Origin: Amoebophrya sp. A120
Taxonomy: Eukaryota; Protista; Dinoflagellata
Reading direction: 5' to 3'
Length of the DNA stretch: 64,000 nt
Assembly (NCBI GenBank): GCA_905178155.1
Contig: CAJINV010000001.1
Coordinates: 12,197,832 to 12,261,831 of the forward strand
Position numbers and translations under genes: made by a program
The notes under the pieces: generated by a model
Databases searched by the model: none
What the model saw: only the letters and a program-made list of their open reading frames with translations
Told to the model about the DNA's origin: nothing
Shown: one piece after another, positions 59,544-64,000 of the stretch
Layout: every line of letters begins with the position of its first letter
Position numbering within the stretch: the first letter of the stretch is position 1

Positions 59544-62500
59544 ATGTTGACCCGGCTGCAATTGGTGGTCGGGTCCGCGGTGGTACCGCTCGCGGGGGCT
59601 ACCACGGGGGCCACGACGCCCACGGTGCTGGCGAAGGCGGAGGTGATGCCTTCGTCCGTGACGGAAAAGTCCATGGAGTGGACGAAGGACTCGGACCAAC
59701 CGACGCCCCAGTTCATGGCCATGCAGTTCGACGTGATGAACGTGAAGAATCCCAGCGGGGACATTTACGTGAACATGCCCGGCTGCCCCGCGGGCAAGGA
59801 AATGGTGAAGAAGATCAGCATCTCGTACGAGGGCACGTTTCAACAGAGCGACAAAGACAGCAACGGCAAGATCAACGTGGTGGACAAGTGCTACCAAAAC
59901 TTCTACCTGGACACCGCCACGAAGCCGGCTGCCGGCTACACGGAGTCCCAGTGGGGCGGTTTCATGATGGACGAGAACGGCAACCAGCTCAAGGGGTGCA
60001 AGGGCATGATGATGATCGACGAACTGCCGTCCATGTGCTGTACGCCGCCCACGCTGGCGGCCGGCCAGACCTGTACCCCCGGCGAGGAAACGTACGCCGT
60101 CGAGCTATTGTGAGGAAGAATCCCCCCTCCCCATATCGAAAAGGAAATTTGTGATGCTGATTGGTGGCCACAAATCCGCTCTGTCTTGCATATGGGGCAA
60201 TTGGGAGCCGTTTGGCGCATTCCACAGCCAATCTGTGATGCGCTTTTGCATACTGCAAAGGTGTCTGCCATGCCTAACTGCTAGCCTGCTGCATACCCAA
60301 TCAGCCTGAGGAAGTGCCTCCAAGCGCTTTCTGCAATACAGTGGTGAATTGTGTACAGAAATCCAGCAACAGAAATTTCCTTTCTTCTATGGGGTAGGGG
60401 CTTTTTTCACTTTGATACGAGCACATGACCTTCATGGGCGACACCTCGGTCGCCAAGTGCGTGACGGGAAACTACAAGAAGTACCAAATGTAAAAATGTC
60501 TGGGTCTGGAAGAATGCAACTTGTAATGCGTATTTCAGCACACAGAAAGGTCTCTCATGCATACGTAGCAAAAGCTCCCACTTTTTGCCAGCAAAATAGG
60601 GGACTTGTCATGCGGATTCGGCATTGCGGAAGGTTCTCGAAACCTGTGATGCTAGAGCTTCCATGCCAGACCTTCTGTGTCATGCAAAAACAGCATGACT
60701 CTTCCAGACCCAGACATTTTTACATTTGATAAGAAGGGGGGCATGACCATCGGCGACGCCGCCACGGAACTGGACTTCACCTCGGGCAACCCGACGAAAT
60801 TCAAGGACTTGTGGGGCACCTTCGGGAAGGAAACCAGCGGCATCGCGCAGATGTTGGGCGTGGGCATGGAGATCGAGGACTGCGGCTGCGTCAAGCCGCC
60901 CACCGCGCAAGCATCGCAGGGCAGTGGGAGCACCACCGTCACCTGCAAGAGCGGAAGCAGCAGCGGCGGCCAGGGGCAAGGAAATACCCAGCAAAGTGGT
61001 ACACAAACGTCCAGCGGAATGCCCTCGACGGGGACGCGTGCATTAGAAGCTGCTGCTCCGAAAATCATGGCCAAACACGATCTCCAAAAAGCGACGGGTG
61101 CGGCTGCTGGAGCGGCCGCGGCCCCGGCACCACGACACGTGCGCCGCGCAAAGGTCGCAAACATGTGGCAGCAACGTAAATTGGCCCGCGAGCGAATGGT
61201 GCGGAACCGCAAGGAACGGATCGAGGCCCAACACGCGCACAAGTACTATCGGGAGAACCCGATCATGTGGCTTGCGGACGGTCTGCAGCTGCGCCGCCAA
61301 CTGCGCGAAGCGAGGAAGTTCCCGAACGTTTTTCGTGCCCGCGCACTGACGGCCAGTGCTTCAGGGGGGCAGGCGGTGGACGTGGGCGAGACCATCATCA
61401 CCCGCGAGGAGTGCAAAAAGCAGAAAAAGGAGGCCATGCGGGGCGGTGGCGGTCACGGCGGACCGCCCGGTGGCATGCCCGGTGGGCCCGGACAAATGGG
61501 TCAGTCGCATCGCCGGCGTCTCGCAGAGCGGCACTTGACGCGCAAGGAGAAGGAGGCCCTCACGGCCGCGGCGCACCGCCTCGTCCGGCGAAACCTGCAA
61601 CGCCAGGGTCGCAAGGGCAAGAGCTTCGTCTACAAGAAGCAGTCTGTGCGCGCTGGCATTGTGCCGGCGTCGACCGGTGTCCACCGTCGTCAACTGACGT
61701 CCTCGTCGTTCGGAGGTACCATGCAGCCAGGCATGGATCCCAATGCGATGGGAGGCATGGATCCTAACGCGATGGGAGGCATGGATCCTAACGCGATGGG
61801 AGGCATGGATCCCAACGCGATGGGAGGCATGGATCCCAACGCGATGGGTGGCATGGATCCCAACGCGATGGGAGGCATGGACCCCAATGCAATGGGAGGA
61901 CAAGGGCCGAACATGGGCCCCAACGGGATGGGTGGAGGCATGGATCCTAACGCGATGGGAGGCATGGATCCCAACGCGATGGGAGGCCCACCTGGTGGGG
62001 GCCCCCCGGACATGGCAAACATGGACTTTGACGAAATGGACCCCGACGAAATGATGGCGTTGGAGTTTGACTCCACAAACGTGCAGAGCGCTGGCTTCAA
62101 GCCTCCGCCGGGAATGGAGAACGAAGTGGATGGGGCTAGCTTTAACATGAACGCGGAAGGCGAGATGGTGATGACCACGGCGTCCGGCGTATCAAAATGA
62201 AAAATCCCCCCTCCCCATATCAAAACGAAGTTTGTGATGCTGGATTTGCGTACACAAATGAGATTTGTTTTGCTGGAGAGGAATGCAGGCCTATATCAAG
62301 CCTGAGTAGAGAGGTTTTGGCCTAGTCGCTTAGCATGAGAAACGTCTGCGCTGTAGGCCTACTAGCGACACAAACTGCCTGCATCATGCGGCGGAGCCTG
62401 TGGAATTGCCTTCTTGCATGACAGAGATGATTTGTGGTCGCAAATCAGCATTGCAAATTTTCTGCGGCGTACCTTTTCGATATGGGGAGGGGGGATTTTT

Positions 62501-64000
62501 CACTCTGATACGGCGAAGAGGTGATCATGGATGCGCCCATGGGCCCCTCCGAGGCGGCTATCGCCGTGGCGCCCTTCGTATGCATTGCAAAAGTTGTAAC
62601 TCGTACGACTACTAGTACTAATTGCATTCATGCCTGACAGATCTGGTTGCCCCTTACCCAATTCAGCATTACTGTTCCTTCGAAATAAAAACTTGTAAAT
62701 CTAAATGCGATTTATAAATTATAAATCGCATTTAGATTTACAAGTTTTTATTTCGAAGGAACAGTAAAATACTAGTTGTGCGATACAAGTTTTGCAATGC
62801 ATAGTTCGCGAGCGACGGGGTGGCCAACTTCTTCAAGTTTTTCAACCCGACCACCTCCGGTCGGTACCCGTTCGGGGAGAACGAGGATCCGACCACCAAG
62901 TACACGATTTTCGTGGACGCGGAATCCCGGTCCGTCAACGACACCACTACCGGCTTCGTCCCGAAATGCAAGTATGGCAGCGAGTTCTGGGTGAAACTGG
63001 GCCCCGGGGACCGGACGGGCGGCGCCGGATGGACCGCGGGAACCAGGACCCCGCATTTGGGGGGCAATGATTTTGTCAAGCTTGTGCGTGTGGACGGGGT
63101 GGACTGGAGCTGCATTTCCAGCTACACCGACGCAGTTCCAGAAGAAGTTCTCGCGCTCGACATCGTCATGGCCCTGGAGGCGACCTCGGGAGCGGTGCCT
63201 CCGGTGACCACCGGGAGCAAGGTGCAGGTGGAAGTGATCAACAAGTCTGGCTCCACGGAAATTCACGAGATCATCATCGGCGGCAACCAGGGCGTGAAAA
63301 ACTACAACCAGTTGCGCATGGTCATCGAGAAGAAGCAAGAGATGGTGTGGGACGGCCTGATGGGTGACATGATGGAGGACATGTTTATGTCTGACCTCGG
63401 CATCGATCCGATGGCCATGGGAGCAGACCCAATGATGGCAGCAGACCCGGGCATGTATGCACTGCAAAAGTATCGTACTAGTACAAATCGCAATACAAAT
63501 TGGTTCAGCATTACAAATTAAATTTGTAATGCGGATTTACCTAACCAACTAGATTTGTAATGCATAACTGCGATTACTACGAGTACGATACTTTTGCACA
63601 GGATAGCATGGCATCGGCGGCGATGTATGGGGCCGCCGGTGCTGATCCTTCGGCCAAGTCCACCCCCAAGAAGGCGAAGTCCTGCTTTCGCGGCTCGGTG
63701 ATGGCGCAGGTGGTGAAGCCCAAGTGCTTCCCGACCTGCGCGCGCACCGGCGTGACGCGCGCAGCCAACACCGAGGAGGCCACCGCAATCGCGGCCCTGA
63801 AGGGGGACGAGATTCCGTTTGTGTTGCTGAAGAAGCGATACAATCTGAAGACGCTGAAGGAGGACAGCTCCTTCGCGGCCTCGCTGCCGGCGGCGTTCAA
63901 GGAGGGAACGTGCACGGCGCGCGTGGGCGGGCTCGTGGACGCCAACGGCGGAGCCATCTTCCGCGAGAAGGTCTCCGTGCCCTTCAAACCGCCGTCCTGC
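59544..64000 (+). CDS. Met/Gly-rich putative secreted protein, interrupted by five TIR/TSD elements; runs off the window
   Basis: Frame is continuous after removing E11-E15 (AVEH-MTFM, NYKK-GGMT, ASGE-EVIM, APFA-SDGV, DPGM-ASAAM). Hydrophobic N-terminus, Cys-containing globular parts. Confidence 0.8.
60106..60417. mobile_element. TIR/TSD intron-like element E11, family C (312 bp)
   Basis: TATTGTGAGGAAGAATCCCCCCTCCCCATATCGAAAAGGAAATTT ... AAATTTCCTTTCTTCTATGGGGTAGGGGCTTTTTTCACTTTGATA. TSD CGAGC at 60101-05 and 60418-22. Confidence 0.88.
60482..60731 (+). mobile_element. TIR/TSD intron-like element E12, family A (250 bp)
   Basis: TACCAAATGTAAAAATGTCTGGGTCTGGAAGA ... TCTTCCAGACCCAGACATTTTTACATTTGATA. 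TSD AGAAG at 60477-81 and 60732-36. Confidence 0.93.
61730..61984 (+). repeat. Coding 24-bp tandem repeat, (GMDPNAMG)x7 + x2
   Basis: GGCATGGATCCYAAYGCGATGGGA units at 61730-61897 and 61937-61984. Confidence 0.95.
62190..62510. mobile_element. TIR/TSD intron-like element E13, family C (321 bp)
   Basis: TATCAAAATGAAAAATCCCCCCTCCCCATATC ... GATATGGGGAGGGGGGATTTTTCACTCTGATA. TSD CGGCG at 62185-89 and 62511-15. Confidence 0.93.
62579..62803. mobile_element. TIR/TSD intron-like element E14, family B-like (225 bp), with an internal perfect palindrome
   Basis: TATGCATTGCAAAAGTTGTA ... TACAAGTTTTGCAATGCATA. TSD CTTCG/GTTCG (1 mismatch). Confidence 0.88.
62669..62767. repeat. Perfect inverted repeat, 49-bp arms with a 1-nt spacer
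   Basis: TTACTGTTCCTTCGAAATAAAAACTTGTAAATCTAAATGCGATTTATAA-A-TTATAAATCGCATTTAGATTTACAAGTTTTTATTTCGAAGGAACAGTAA. Confidence 0.95.
63456..63605 (+). mobile_element. TIR/TSD intron-like element E15, family B (150 bp)
   Basis: TATGCACTGCAAAAGTATCGTACTAGTA ... TACGAGTACGATACTTTTGCACAGGATA. TSD GCATG at 63451-55 and 63606-10. Confidence 0.93.

Noticed and set aside
14678-60729. Recurring short-ORF peptides such as LPDPDIFAFD, KMSGSG, AKVSYSY, VRYFC, YGEGGF suggesting a protein family
   Set aside because: They are translations of the element TIRs, appear in several frames and strands, and are not coding.
61730-61984. Possible CRISPR-like array
   Set aside because: No spacers; in-frame 24-bp coding repeat with synonymous variation in a eukaryotic gene.
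14866-63605. Paramecium-type TA-bounded IES excision, since the elements begin and end with TA
   Set aside because: Leaving one TA and both 5-bp repeats adds 7 nt and breaks the frame. Only removal with one direct repeat works. Pointer-type DNA excision is not excluded.
14866-63605. Host genes being pseudogenes inactivated by MITE insertion
   Set aside because: No other frameshifts or stops are seen in kilobases of CDS, catalytic motifs are intact, and genes tolerate up to five insertions.

Overview
Eukaryotic, intron-containing genomic DNA from an alveolate, most likely a syndinian parasitic dinoflagellate such as Amoebophrya. This is inferred from gene content, a one-strand gene block and the intron type. 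About 18 protein-coding genes lie on the + strand: a CCDC112-like gene, CCDC153/DRC12, a homocysteine S-methyltransferase, a full-size ABCA transporter, a GST, a caspase/metacaspase-like C14 peptidase, HGH1, a TCERG1/PRP40C-like WW-FF protein, a stand-alone DNA 3'-phosphatase and several orphan secreted or low-complexity proteins. The main feature is a set of 15 non-coding 132-321 bp elements in 4 related families. Each starts TAY, ends ATA, has long terminal inverted repeats (TIRs) and is flanked by a 5-bp direct repeat (TSD). Every one sits inside a coding exon, and removing the element plus one TSD copy restores the reading frame exactly. Only 2 of 15 can be read as GT-AG introns, and homologous copies occur in both orientations. 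They therefore look like MITE-derived introner-type non-canonical introns, removed by a mechanism that depends on structure or the direct repeats rather than on standard splice signals. This intron class has been reported in Amoebophrya genomes. The shared subterminal motif, TSD conservation, pairing and a nested perfect palindrome seen here give testable clues to the mechanism. All coordinates were read by eye; no searches were run.
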